This document shows, piece after piece, positions 28,927-37,990 of a stretch of DNA of 64,000 bases; positions within the stretch are counted from its first letter, which is position 1; each line of letters opens with the position of its first letter. Below the pieces are notes generated by a model. The model made no database searches. It was not told the DNA's origin and saw only the letters and a list, made by a program, of their open reading frames with translations. The stretch is taken from positions 124,001 through 188,000 of the IMG/VR virus record IMGVR_UViG_3300022935_000005. One strand, given 5' to 3'. Position numbers and translations under genes: made by a program.

Positions 28927-29667
28927 ATGCCGATAATATTTAAGGTAAGTCGCTCCATAGACTTTACAACAGATCTCGTGGCTAGGTATCTTTTTACGTC
29001 AGACACATCAGATTCGCTTGGAAATTATTCAGATGTATACGCTGGTTCTGGTGTTACCTTTGATTCATCTGGGGCACGTATGCAGACCACCTCGAACCAT
29101 AAGATCAAATTTGGCGCTGATGGTTTATCGAATCTATCGACAACATTGAATGATCTAAACGGTGTTGGGGGGACGATATCATTCTGGGTTAAGATGAACA
29201 CAGGGTACACCGCTGGTGGGACTGCTGATAATCGTTATATCTTTGGTTCTTACAGAGGCGGGTCAGCCAACCAGCGTGGGGTCCATTTTGGGTACTTTGA
29301 CCAAAACAGCGTTCTCGCTAGCGGCGCAGGCGGATGGCATTTCTTCAATAGCGCCAGTCCAGCCTCGGCCGGATATGAGGGTATCGTCGCGACTGGTGAC
29401 TCTGGTACTTCTGAGGTGCATATAGTCGTTACTATAGACAACGGTGACTTCCGCATGTACAAAGACGGCTCGCTGGTAGGTACCGAGACTGCAAGTTACT
29501 GGCCTGAATATTCTCTTGAGTGGGAGGTAAATGGCTCTGCTGGAAGCTACCTTACCTCGCGTATGTTCGATGGGTGGTTCAAGGACTTGTGCGTGTGGGA
29601 TGGAAGAGTGTTGTCAGCAGCAGAGGTAGCGGCGTTGTACAGCAATGGATCTGCTGGAAGCTTTTAG
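28927..29667 (+). CDS. LamG/concanavalin A-like domain protein 2
   Basis: GTISFWVK, HIVVT, MYKDG, LCVWDGRVLSAAEVAALY. Confidence 0.8.
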   Translation: MPIIFKVSRSIDFTTDLVARYLFTSDTSDSLGNYSDVYAGSGVTFDSSGARMQTTSNHKIKFGADGLSNLSTTLNDLNGVGGTISFWVKMNTGYTAGGTADNRYIFGSYRGGSANQRGVHFGYFDQNSVLASGAGGWHFFNSASPASAGYEGIVATGDSGTSEVHIVVTIDNGDFRMYKDGSLVGTETASYWPEYSLEWEVNGSAGSYLTSRMFDGWFKDLCVWDGRVLSAAEVAALYSNGSAGSF

Positions 29668-29675
29668 GGGGAAAC

Positions 29676-30470
29676 ATGCCAATCATATTTAAGATAGATA
29701 ATATAATCGACAACTTGGTATCTGCGATAAATTCTCGCTGGAAGCTAGAGACAAATGCTGATGACTCTGTAGGTTCCAACGACGGCACTGTTGTTTCTGC
29801 GACTGGTGCTGGTACAGACGTTTCATTTGGTACCGCTGGGGATACTTCTGCTGCAATCTTTGCGGGAGGACAAGCCAACCAGCACGTCAATGGAAAAATA
29901 TCTCTTCCAACAGCAGCAACAGATGACTTTAACTTTGAATATGGTTCTGGGACGATATCTTTTTGGGTAAGACCTGCAAACATTTCAACGTTTTACATGT
30001 TGTCAGATTACGCACCTTCATCTGAACCGGATGGGTTTGCGTTCTGGCAAGCAATGGACTACTACAGTTATAAGTACGATGAAGAGGGACCGGCCACCCG
30101 GCTTCTCTTGATAAGTTCTCCCTCATCGGACAGCTTAGCAGGATCGGTCTTAGCGGCTTCAAACACTCGGGTTTCCGCTAACAACTGGTCTCACATATGT
30201 TACGTAAAGAACCATAACGTGAGTACATTGTACATAAACGGTGAGCCGGTAGAGCAGAAAGTATGGAATGACAACAGGCCGTTTGTCAGCAGCGCTTCTT
30301 CGCTGGTACCGGGATCAACTAGAAATGTTGGCATCGGTTCTCAGACGGGAACAGTTGGGCAAAGGTATCCGGGAGCTATAAAAGATGTCATTGTTGCCAA
30401 GGGTTACGCGGCGAGCTCTCTTCAAGTCAAGCAGCTTTATTTAGCTGGTAACGAAGCACCTGATCTATAG
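29676..30470 (+). CDS. LamG/concanavalin A-like domain protein 3
   Basis: ATG 29676 (MPIIFK, as in paralogue 2); TISFWVRP, WSHICYV, LYING. Confidence 0.75.
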   Translation: MPIIFKIDNIIDNLVSAINSRWKLETNADDSVGSNDGTVVSATGAGTDVSFGTAGDTSAAIFAGGQANQHVNGKISLPTAATDDFNFEYGSGTISFWVRPANISTFYMLSDYAPSSEPDGFAFWQAMDYYSYKYDEEGPATRLLLISSPSSDSLAGSVLAASNTRVSANNWSHICYVKNHNVSTLYINGEPVEQKVWNDNRPFVSSASSLVPGSTRNVGIGSQTGTVGQRYPGAIKDVIVAKGYAASSLQVKQLYLAGNEAPDL

Positions 30471-30479
30471 GAGAGAACT

Positions 30480-31199
30480 ATGATTATTGTTAGAGCAAGC
30501 GGAACCTCATCGGAATCCCCTAATTTTACTACCGATCTGTCTGTGAGATACCTTCTAACTTCGAACTACGATGATTCCGTCACTTCTGATTCTGCAACTG
30601 CAGTCAGCTCGCCAGACGGAGTTAATTCTGAAGGCTTTTCGTCGAGTCAGGGGTATCTTCAGATGCCGAGCTCATTCGCATCCGCGATGTTTTGGGACAC
30701 TGGAGACGGTACTCTGTCTTGGTGGAACACTTTTGATGAAGTACCCCCTACAAACAACGTCTACGCTTTTACAGATCGTGAAGGTGGAAACTCCAACGAT
30801 ACAGGGGCTATAAGCATTTATCTCGGCGGAGATTACCTCCGGTTTTATAGGAACTACGAAAATTCACAAGGTAATTACGGTCCATCCATGACAAGAGCTG
30901 AGTCAGGGCTAGATTATACCTCGCCTTTTCAGCAGAACCATATCGTCTTAGTTAAGGACACGACATCATCGACTATGAAGGTCTACGTGGACGGTGCCGA
31001 AGTCGATTCTGTGGCCTGGGGCTCAACCGATCAGTGGGTGATCAGCGCATCCAGGACATGGTACATAGGAAACTATAATACGGGTACTTATTATGATTGG
31101 CCTGGTAGAATCGCGGATGTAGCTGTGTGGAAAGGACGTGCACTTAGCGCTAGCGAGGTAACCGCACTCTACAATAAAGGCCAGGGCGGAAGCTACTAG
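30480..31199 (+). CDS. LamG/concanavalin A-like domain protein 4
   Basis: TLSWW, HIVLV, VYVDG, IADVAVWKGRALSASEVTALY. Confidence 0.8.
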   Translation: MIIVRASGTSSESPNFTTDLSVRYLLTSNYDDSVTSDSATAVSSPDGVNSEGFSSSQGYLQMPSSFASAMFWDTGDGTLSWWNTFDEVPPTNNVYAFTDREGGNSNDTGAISIYLGGDYLRFYRNYENSQGNYGPSMTRAESGLDYTSPFQQNHIVLVKDTTSSTMKVYVDGAEVDSVAWGSTDQWVISASRTWYIGNYNTGTYYDWPGRIADVAVWKGRALSASEVTALYNKGQGGSY

Positions 31200-31205
31200 T
31201 CTACA

Positions 31206-31232
31206 TGTAAATCCGGTACCAGTCCATATAAT
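31206..31232 (+). promoter_or_regulatory. Sigma70-like promoter TGTAAA-N15-TATAAT
   Basis: Consensus -10 box 5 nt before ATG 31238. Confidence 0.6.
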
Positions 31233-31237
31233 ACATC

Positions 31238-31660
31238 ATGAGCTGGATACCACCGAAATCTCCTTTTGATTTACTTCAAGAAAGGTATTGGCCAGACGAT
31301 TGGAAAATTCTGATCGTCTGTCTTTTATTGAACCAAACAAGCCGTAAACAAGTTGAGCCAATGATCGAGTCATTCTTCGAGAAGTGGCCTGATCCAGAGT
31401 CAGCTTCCAATGCTGATGAAGATGAGATGCGTGATCTTGTCCGTCCTCTTGGCATGTTCAACCGCCGGGTGAAATCCATCAAAAAGATGTCTCAACAGTT
31501 CATGTCTGGTTTCGATAACGCAATCGAGCTTTATGGTTGTGGAAAGTATGCCGATGACACCTACCGAATCTTTATGAAGGGTGAGTGGAGAGATGTTGAG
31601 CCAAATGATCATGCTCTGAACGATTATCACGGATATTTACGGGAGGTGTATTCTGCCTGA
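31238..31660 (+). CDS. MBD4-like HhH-GPD mismatch DNA glycosylase (stand-alone catalytic domain)
   Basis: WIPPKSPFDLLQE...WKILIVCLLLNQTS...PLGM..RR...ELYGCGKYADDTYRIF...WRDVEPNDHALNDYH parallels the recalled MBD4 glycosylase domain. Confidence 0.85.
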   Translation: MSWIPPKSPFDLLQERYWPDDWKILIVCLLLNQTSRKQVEPMIESFFEKWPDPESASNADEDEMRDLVRPLGMFNRRVKSIKKMSQQFMSGFDNAIELYGCGKYADDTYRIFMKGEWRDVEPNDHALNDYHGYLREVYSA

Positions 31661-32465
31661 AGGTCCTGAGGTAAAGAAGACCACAGACGGATTGAGAGAG
31701 TTCTTCTTAAATGAGGAGATAACTGCTCTAGATTTCGGATCTGGAAGGTACGCCAAGAAAGAACCCATCGGCTACTCATCTTTTTGCGAAGAACTTCCAA
31801 AGCTGGTGACAGCAGTTGGATGCAAGGGAAAGTTCATCTATTTTGTGTTTGCAGACGGCAGCAGCATGTGGAACACTTTAGGCATGACAGGATGGTGGTC
31901 AGAGACAGCAGGCTATCATCCTCGCGCTGCGTTGTATGTCAATGATGATAAACATATGGTGTATAACGATATGAGGAATTTTGGGACCTTCAAGTTTGTC
32001 AGCACATACGATGAGCTAAAGAAGAAACTTAACTCCTTAGGCCCAGACTTGCTCTCTGAAGATGTTTCGTTAGATGTATTTAAGAAAAGCCTTACGAAAG
32101 GAAAGAGGGCTGAGAAACCCATCTCGCAACTCTTGATGGATCAATCTGTCGTGTCAGGAATTGGAAACTACCTCAAGGCAGAGATCTTGTACAGCTGCAA
32201 GATGTCTCCTCATCGGCTGTGTCAAGATATCTCTGATGGCGAGTTCGAGTCGCTGCTTTACGCTTCAAGAAGTATTATGAAGTTATCGTATAGCACTGGT
32301 GGTGCGACCATCCGAAATTATAAAAGCACGACTGGTAAAAATGGCATGTACACTAGAAGGTTCGCTGTCTATAATCAAAAGAGTGATCCTCTTGGAAACG
32401 CTGTAGTCAGAGAAACGACGGCTGATAAAAGGACCACACACTGGGTTCCAAGTATTCAGAAATAA
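31653..32465 (+). CDS. Fpg/Nei-family DNA glycosylase/AP lyase with zincless finger; CTG start
   Basis: CTG-CCT-GAA-GGT-CCT-GAG-GTA = (M)PEGPEV with SD GGAGGT 5 nt upstream; KGKF, GMTG, DMRNFG, H2TH LMDQSVVSGIGNYL, RTTHWVPSIQ. Confidence 0.9.
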   Translation: MPEGPEVKKTTDGLREFFLNEEITALDFGSGRYAKKEPIGYSSFCEELPKLVTAVGCKGKFIYFVFADGSSMWNTLGMTGWWSETAGYHPRAALYVNDDKHMVYNDMRNFGTFKFVSTYDELKKKLNSLGPDLLSEDVSLDVFKKSLTKGKRAEKPISQLLMDQSVVSGIGNYLKAEILYSCKMSPHRLCQDISDGEFESLLYASRSIMKLSYSTGGATIRNYKSTTGKNGMYTRRFAVYNQKSDPLGNAVVRETTADKRTTHWVPSIQK

Positions 32466-32474
32466 GGAGTTAAA

Positions 32475-32705
32475 ATGGAAAACTTAAATCTAACTGATAA
32501 TGCGATTTCCCATATCGCCAAGCTCGTACAGGTCGCGATTTTGACAGGTACTGATATCGTCGACAACTTACGAATGGCTCAGTTTGTAACTGTGAATGGC
32601 CAGATTGAAGTGTCACCCGACTACCAAGAGACTTTTGACGCCAATATTCAGAAGATGCTTTCAGAAGCCACTCAGCTCGCTGCGGATGGTGAAGCACAGG
32701 AGTAA
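32475..32705 (+). CDS. Hypothetical protein
   Basis: SD AGGAG; 76-aa ORF. Confidence 0.65.
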   Translation: MENLNLTDNAISHIAKLVQVAILTGTDIVDNLRMAQFVTVNGQIEVSPDYQETFDANIQKMLSEATQLAADGEAQE

Positions 32706-32707
32706 AG

Positions 32708-33073
32708 ATGCAAGATAGGCTAGAGCAGATTTTTGAACTCCGCCAGGAGTTTATGTCTAAGATTAATCAAAAGATACCGGGAGCTTACCCTGAATGGCCC
32801 ATTGATCTTTCTTCAAAGGCAGATCAGAAAGCTGTTCGAGAATTTGCGTTCCGAGGTATGGAAGAGCTCTTTGAGGCTCTGTTACATCTCAAGAACTGGA
32901 AAGACCATAGAGCTGGGTCTGGTGACTTTGATCGAGACGAGTTTGTTGAAGAGATGATTGATGCCTATAAATACTTTACTGCAATTTTGATTCTCATGGG
33001 TGTAGATAGCCAGGAGTTTTTCGAGTGCTACGTTAATAAGCACAATAAGATTTGCGATAGGCTAAATCAATGA
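32708..33073 (+). CDS. All-alpha dNTP pyrophosphatase (dimeric dUTPase / T4 gp56 dCTPase-like)
   Basis: EELFEA, KNWKDH, EEMIDAYKY, YVNKHNKICDR motifs. Confidence 0.75.
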   Translation: MQDRLEQIFELRQEFMSKINQKIPGAYPEWPIDLSSKADQKAVREFAFRGMEELFEALLHLKNWKDHRAGSGDFDRDEFVEEMIDAYKYFTAILILMGVDSQEFFECYVNKHNKICDRLNQ

Positions 33074-33082
33074 ACGAACTTC

Positions 33083-33089
33083 ATACTTA
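33083..33089 (+). promoter_or_regulatory. Putative late promoter ATACTTA
   Basis: 5 nt before ATG 33095. Confidence 0.4.
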
Positions 33090-33094
33090 ACTGT

Positions 33095-33865
33095 ATGAAG
33101 GCACCTCAAAGAATCCTAAAGAGAAAGATTAAAATCTTAAGTTCAGAGCTTAAGATGCTACAATCTTACAAAACTGATATCGCGTTGTTGAACGATGACT
33201 ACAAGTCTGAGTTCCTTCGCGATATGCTGTATATAGAGGATAAGTTATCTTCGACACCAGAAGACGATTCGAAACCAGATGAGAATCAGGATTCAAAAGA
33301 CATCGTAGACACGCTGAGATTAGATCCCTCAAAATCGAACCAGCGCTGGAAAAAAACGGAAGACGGGTGGAAACTCGAAGATGATGAAGAAGACAGCAGA
33401 GAATCTCCAGAAGATTCTTCGATAGACGAAAAACCAGATATTCCAGCCTGGGCGAAAAAGTTATATAAAAAGATCGCATTAGCAGCCCATCCAGACAGGA
33501 CATTACAGGAAGAAGAGGCGAAGAGAAAAAGATTGAATAAGTTGTTTGCTGACGCAGCTCAAGCCATAACTGATGGTGAATTTAAGAGCCTGCTCGGGTA
33601 TGCGCTAGAGCTGGACATAGAGGTAGACGAAGATCCAACCAGCATCCCGCTGCTTCAAGCCAGAGTTGATACTCTGAAACAAGAAATATCTCAAATCCAA
33701 GGTTCTCTAGAGTGGTTGTGGGGCGAGCATCTTGGGGCTCATGATATCCGAGCGAAGATAGCAATGGGGTATTTCTCTAAGAAGAACCTGCTTTTGAAAA
33801 ATGAAGACCTGCTTGTTACAATAAAAGAAATGGAGCAAGCTAATGAAGCCCGGGGATCTAGTTAA
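33095..33865 (+). CDS. J-domain-like (HPD motif) protein
   Basis: AKKLYKKIALAAHPDR. Confidence 0.65.
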   Translation: MKAPQRILKRKIKILSSELKMLQSYKTDIALLNDDYKSEFLRDMLYIEDKLSSTPEDDSKPDENQDSKDIVDTLRLDPSKSNQRWKKTEDGWKLEDDEEDSRESPEDSSIDEKPDIPAWAKKLYKKIALAAHPDRTLQEEEAKRKRLNKLFADAAQAITDGEFKSLLGYALELDIEVDEDPTSIPLLQARVDTLKQEISQIQGSLEWLWGEHLGAHDIRAKIAMGYFSKKNLLLKNEDLLVTIKEMEQANEARGSS

Positions 33866-34043
33866 TTTTACGTCACCTGTTCATTTTTTCGACGATTTAG
33901 GCGAGAATTACTGGGTTACGGGTATTGCTTTAGTGTTAGATGCTAACGAATACGACGTAACATGTTTGTCGTCTGGTATTATCCTATATTCATCGTGGCA
34001 AGAGATAGGTCAAGAGCATGAGAGTATGAAGTATGTCACCTGA
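33843..34043 (+). CDS. Hypothetical protein
   Basis: MKPGDLV start typical of small phage beta-barrel proteins. Confidence 0.5.
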   Translation: MKPGDLVNFTSPVHFFDDLGENYWVTGIALVLDANEYDVTCLSSGIILYSSWQEIGQEHESMKYVT

Positions 34044-34260
34044 AGTTCAAAAGATTATTCTTGAAGCTGCTCGATTAGCTGGTGATGAGCTTAAGGGTAA
34101 ACTTCCACCCCACCACATGCACCCAAAAGGTAGAAATTCCTACGCTCACATTTTTGAGAGAATTAAGTCAAAGATGGGAAGAAGTTACAAAGAGTGTGAA
34201 GATTGGGAAGCTCAAAAGATTCTGGATCTCATTGAGTATTACTCAAATAACCCCTGCTGA
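34033..34260 (+). CDS. Hypothetical protein
   Basis: 75-aa ORF, HPKGRNSYAHI. Confidence 0.55.
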   Translation: MSPEVQKIILEAARLAGDELKGKLPPHHMHPKGRNSYAHIFERIKSKMGRSYKECEDWEAQKILDLIEYYSNNPC

Positions 34261-34265
34261 ATTCG

Positions 34266-34293
34266 TGAAAATGTCCTGTCTGTGTGGTATAAT
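34266..34293 (+). promoter_or_regulatory. Sigma70-like promoter TGAAAA-N16-TATAAT (extended TG -10)
   Basis: Upstream of dnaE. Confidence 0.7.
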
Positions 34294-34321
34294 AAACCAA
34301 ACGTAGACAGGAGTTTTTATT

Positions 34322-37300
34322 ATGCGTCGTTCATCTCTTCTTGTGCCTGACAGGTTCATCTCTCTTCATTCCCATGATGGGTTTAGTACCTTCGATGGCT
34401 TAGGCTATCCTCAAGAGCACATCGATTTTGTGATTGAGAATGGGATGGACGGGTGGTGTCTTACCAACCATGGTCACATGAATTCTTTCGGTCACGCTTT
34501 TTTGCACGCTGAAAAGATTGCGAAGCGTGGCGGAAACTTTAAGTTTGTACCAGGGTGCGAGATGTATGTCCATCCTGATCTAGATGCGTGGCGCCTTGAC
34601 ATGCAGATCCGAGAAGCTGCTAAGAAGGGTGATAAGGCCGCGCTCATGACTCTTCGTTCTCAGCGAGAAGCTATTGCTACACCACTGACTGCAATTGTTG
34701 ATGGTGATGACGAAATTGTAGATGTTGGCACCGAAGATGCTGGTCTCACTGTTGAGAATGAAGAAGAAACCAAGTCTGCAAAGTTCTATGATCCAATCAA
34801 ACGCCGCCATCATTTGGTAGTCCTTCCCAAGACGAGCGAAGGTCTCCAGCGTCTTTTTCACCTCGTCAGTAAGGGGTATCAGGAGGGCTTCTATCGCTTC
34901 CCACGTATCGACTATAAGATGCTAAAGGAAGCGGCCGCTGGTGGTCATCTGATGGTTTCTACAGCTTGTATCGGCGGTCCAATCGCTTACGAGGTTTTCC
35001 GTCATGCTCAGCAAGTTGAGTTTGATGATCTTTCGTATAAGTTGATGGATGACCCGACTTTCCGAAACAACGTCTTGACTGGCGTTGGAAATGCGTACCA
35101 GGGTCTTGTAGACGCTGTTGGTATCGATGATGTTAATCTCGAACTTCAATTTAATAAGCTTCCTGCGCAGCATCTGGTCAACCGCGCGATTATTGAGTTT
35201 GCTAACAAGAACGGGCTACAAGATAAGCTGGTAGTCACAACCGATTCTCACTACGCACGTCCAGAACACTGGCGAGAGCGTGAGCTCTATAAGAAGCTTG
35301 GGTGGCTTAACTATCGAGAGTTTGATCCCTCCAAGTTGCCGCAAGGTATTGAAGACTTGAAGTGTGAACTATATCCTAAGAACAACGAACAGGTTTGGGA
35401 TACGTACCTTAAGACAACTGACGGTATGGATTTTTATGATGATGAGGTAGTGCACAACGCCATCACTCGCCCGTATGATCTTGTCCACAACGAAATCCAA
35501 CAGATTACCCCTGATCGTTCGATGAAGCTGCCCTCTTACGTCGTTCCTGAAGGTACTACTGACGATAAGGCTCTACTTGAAGCCTGTAAGAAGGGTTTGG
35601 TCGAGCGTGGTCTTGCGCACGATGAAAAGTACATCAAGCGTCTCAAGTATGAGCTAAAGATCATCAAGGAAAAGAATTTTTCTCGATATTTCTTGACCAT
35701 GGGCGCCATCATCGATATCGCTAAGAAGGCGATGCTGGTCGGTCCAGGCCGCGGTTCTGCTGCCGGAAGTCTCGTGGCGTATGTTCTCCGTCTTACCGAC
35801 GTTGATCCATTTGAGTATGATCTCATGTTTGAGAGGTTCCTCAACCCAAGCCGTGAAGGTGCACCAGATATTGATACTGATGTAGGTGACCGTGATCTTC
35901 TTATCAACATGATGAAAGAGGAGTGGGGCGACGAAAACATCGTTCCAATCTCTAACTACAACACTTTTAAGCTTAAGTCTCTGGTCAAGGACATCTCTCG
36001 CTTTTACGGGATCCCGTTCGATGAAGTCAACAAGGCTTTGGCTCCTGTAGAGGATGACGTGAAGCGTGCCGTGTTCAAGCCCGGCACTGATAAAAACTTG
36101 TTTGTCTTGCTTTATGAAGATGCGATTGCTCACTCGAAGACATTTCGCGACTTTATTGAGAAGTACCCTGAGGTTGCCGAGCCGATTCAGGTACTCTTTA
36201 AGCAGAACAAGGCACTTGGCCGCCACGCCGGTGGATGTATTGTTTCGGAAAACATCGCTGAGCGTATGCCTCTGATTAAAGCCCGCGGCGAACTACAAAC
36301 TCCGTGGGTTGAAGGTATGAACTACAAGCATCTTGAAACCTTCGGCTGGATTAAGTTTGACCTTCTCGGTCTTGAAACACTACGTATTGTTCAGCGTACT
36401 ATCGAGCTGATTCTTCAGCGCCGGGAGGGTATCGAGGATCCGACATTCTCGCAAGTCTATGAGTGGTTCAACAATAACATGGACCCCAAGGTTCTCGATA
36501 TGGACGACCAGCATGTTTATAAGCATGTCTACGAAGAAGGTCGCTTCCCAGGAGTCTTCCAGCTGGCTGGTCGAGGTGCTAGAAACCTCTTTATGAAAGC
36601 AAAGCCCAAGAGCATCATCGACATTGCTACTCTGACATCGATTTATCGCCCGGGCCCTCTCACTGCGAAAGTAGACAAACTGTATATCCAGGCAAAGAAC
36701 AACCCTGATGATATTGACTACGGCCATCCTCTTATCAAGGAAGTTCTTGAAGAGACATACGGTATGATTGTCTTCCAAGAGCAGATCATGAAGTTGTGTT
36801 CCGTGGTGGCTGGCTTCCCGGAGGAGGAAACGGACACAGTCCGCCGGAGCATTATGAAGCGTAAAGCTTCTGAAGCCGCTGAGTCCCTTGCTAAGGCTCG
36901 AGCGATTAAGGAACAGTTTGTTGCTGGTGCCGTCAAGAATGGTGTCGACGCACAGCTTGCCGATGATCTGTACGAAAAGATTCTCTACTTCTCAGGCTAC
37001 GGTTTCAATAAGGCGCACGCTGTTTCGTACGCTATTGACTCGTACTACTGCGCTTGGCTTCTAACATACTTTGAGGAAGAGTGGCTTTGCGCTTATCTCG
37101 AGGCGATGTCTGGTAATGACAAGAAGCGTAGTAAGGCCTTTGGTGAGGTTAAGGCTCTCGGCTATCGAGTCGTTCCGCTTGATATCAATTATGCAACCAA
37201 GAAGTGGACTATCCTCGACGGTAAGAAGTTCATGCCTTCTTTCCTTTCTTGTAAGGGCGTCGGAGAATCTGCGATCGATGAGATTGTCGCTAATCGGCCG

Positions 37301-37936
37301 TACCAGAATATCGACGATCTGTTATGGGACGAGGATGGTAAGTGGCGCCACTCTAAGTTCAACAAGCGGGCAATGGAAGCGTTAATTAATATTCGCGCAT
37401 TCGAATCCATGGATCTTGTAGGCGACGGTAAGACATTCGAGAGCTATAAGCACATGCATGAAGTCATTATAAACCGGAACACCGATATCAAGAAATGGAC
37501 TAAGCGTGATCCAGAGCGAGGAAAGAGTAATTTCAAAGAGGCGCTATTGGATACTGAGGGAATCGGTAATTGGACCCGTCGTGAGATGGTCGAAAATAGC
37601 ATGAAGCATTTCGGTTCATTTAACGCCTCCACACTCGTTAATGAGGAAATTCAGGCTCGGCTCTCTAAGAAGAATGTACGTTGTATCGATGACATCGACG
37701 AGCATGATGTATATTGGTTCTTGGTGACAGACGCTAAGCCGAAGCTTACTAAAAACAAGAAGCCATATCTTTTGGTGACGGCCACAGGACTAGACGGCAA
37801 AAATATCAGGATATTCTGCTGGGGCTGGGATGGTCAGACAGAGTTGCCCCTCTACAGCCTTTGTGTTGCAGAAGTTAAGAAAAATGATTTCGGATATCAA
37901 ACTTCTATGAGTAAAGTCAAGCTTCTTCGTATATGA
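34322..37936 (+). CDS. dnaE: DNA polymerase III alpha subunit (family C)
   Basis: PHP domain (SLHSH, TNHG, DSHY), GPGRGSAAGSLVAY, PDIDTD, KFDLLGL, YGFNKAHA. Confidence 0.95.
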   Translation: MRRSSLLVPDRFISLHSHDGFSTFDGLGYPQEHIDFVIENGMDGWCLTNHGHMNSFGHAFLHAEKIAKRGGNFKFVPGCEMYVHPDLDAWRLDMQIREAAKKGDKAALMTLRSQREAIATPLTAIVDGDDEIVDVGTEDAGLTVENEEETKSAKFYDPIKRRHHLVVLPKTSEGLQRLFHLVSKGYQEGFYRFPRIDYKMLKEAAAGGHLMVSTACIGGPIAYEVFRHAQQVEFDDLSYKLMDDPTFRNNVLTGVGNAYQGLVDAVGIDDVNLELQFNKLPAQHLVNRAIIEFANKNGLQDKLVVTTDSHYARPEHWRERELYKKLGWLNYREFDPSKLPQGIEDLKCELYPKNNEQVWDTYLKTTDGMDFYDDEVVHNAITRPYDLVHNEIQQITPDRSMKLPSYVVPEGTTDDKALLEACKKGLVERGLAHDEKYIKRLKYELKIIKEKNFSRYFLTMGAIIDIAKKAMLVGPGRGSAAGSLVAYVLRLTDVDPFEYDLMFERFLNPSREGAPDIDTDVGDRDLLINMMKEEWGDENIVPISNYNTFKLKSLVKDISRFYGIPFDEVNKALAPVEDDVKRAVFKPGTDKNLFVLLYEDAIAHSKTFRDFIEKYPEVAEPIQVLFKQNKALGRHAGGCIVSENIAERMPLIKARGELQTPWVEGMNYKHLETFGWIKFDLLGLETLRIVQRTIELILQRREGIEDPTFSQVYEWFNNNMDPKVLDMDDQHVYKHVYEEGRFPGVFQLAGRGARNLFMKAKPKSIIDIATLTSIYRPGPLTAKVDKLYIQAKNNPDDIDYGHPLIKEVLEETYGMIVFQEQIMKLCSVVAGFPEEETDTVRRSIMKRKASEAAESLAKARAIKEQFVAGAVKNGVDAQLADDLYEKILYFSGYGFNKAHAVSYAIDSYYCAWLLTYFEEEWLCAYLEAMSGNDKKRSKAFGEVKALGYRVVPLDINYATKKWTILDGKKFMPSFLSCKGVGESAIDEIVANRPYQNIDDLLWDEDGKWRHSKFNKRAMEALINIRAFESMDLVGDGKTFESYKHMHEVIINRNTDIKKWTKRDPERGKSNFKEALLDTEGIGNWTRREMVENSMKHFGSFNASTLVNEEIQARLSKKNVRCIDDIDEHDVYWFLVTDAKPKLTKNKKPYLLVTATGLDGKNIRIFCWGWDGQTELPLYSLCVAEVKKNDFGYQTSMSKVKLLRI

Positions 37937-37990
37937 TTAGCTTGGTACAAAAAGTCTACACTTAAATCTAACTGGAGTAAAATTAGTAAC

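Noticed and set aside
28132-31199. Diversity-generating retroelement acting on the LamG paralogues
   Set aside because: No reverse transcriptase in the window and no near-identical template/variable repeat pair differing only at adenines
18660-37936. Inteins or introns in the helicase, RNR or DnaE
   Set aside because: Lengths are normal; no intein C-terminal HN-C/S/T junctions or LAGLIDADG blocks were recognised; the reading frames are uninterrupted
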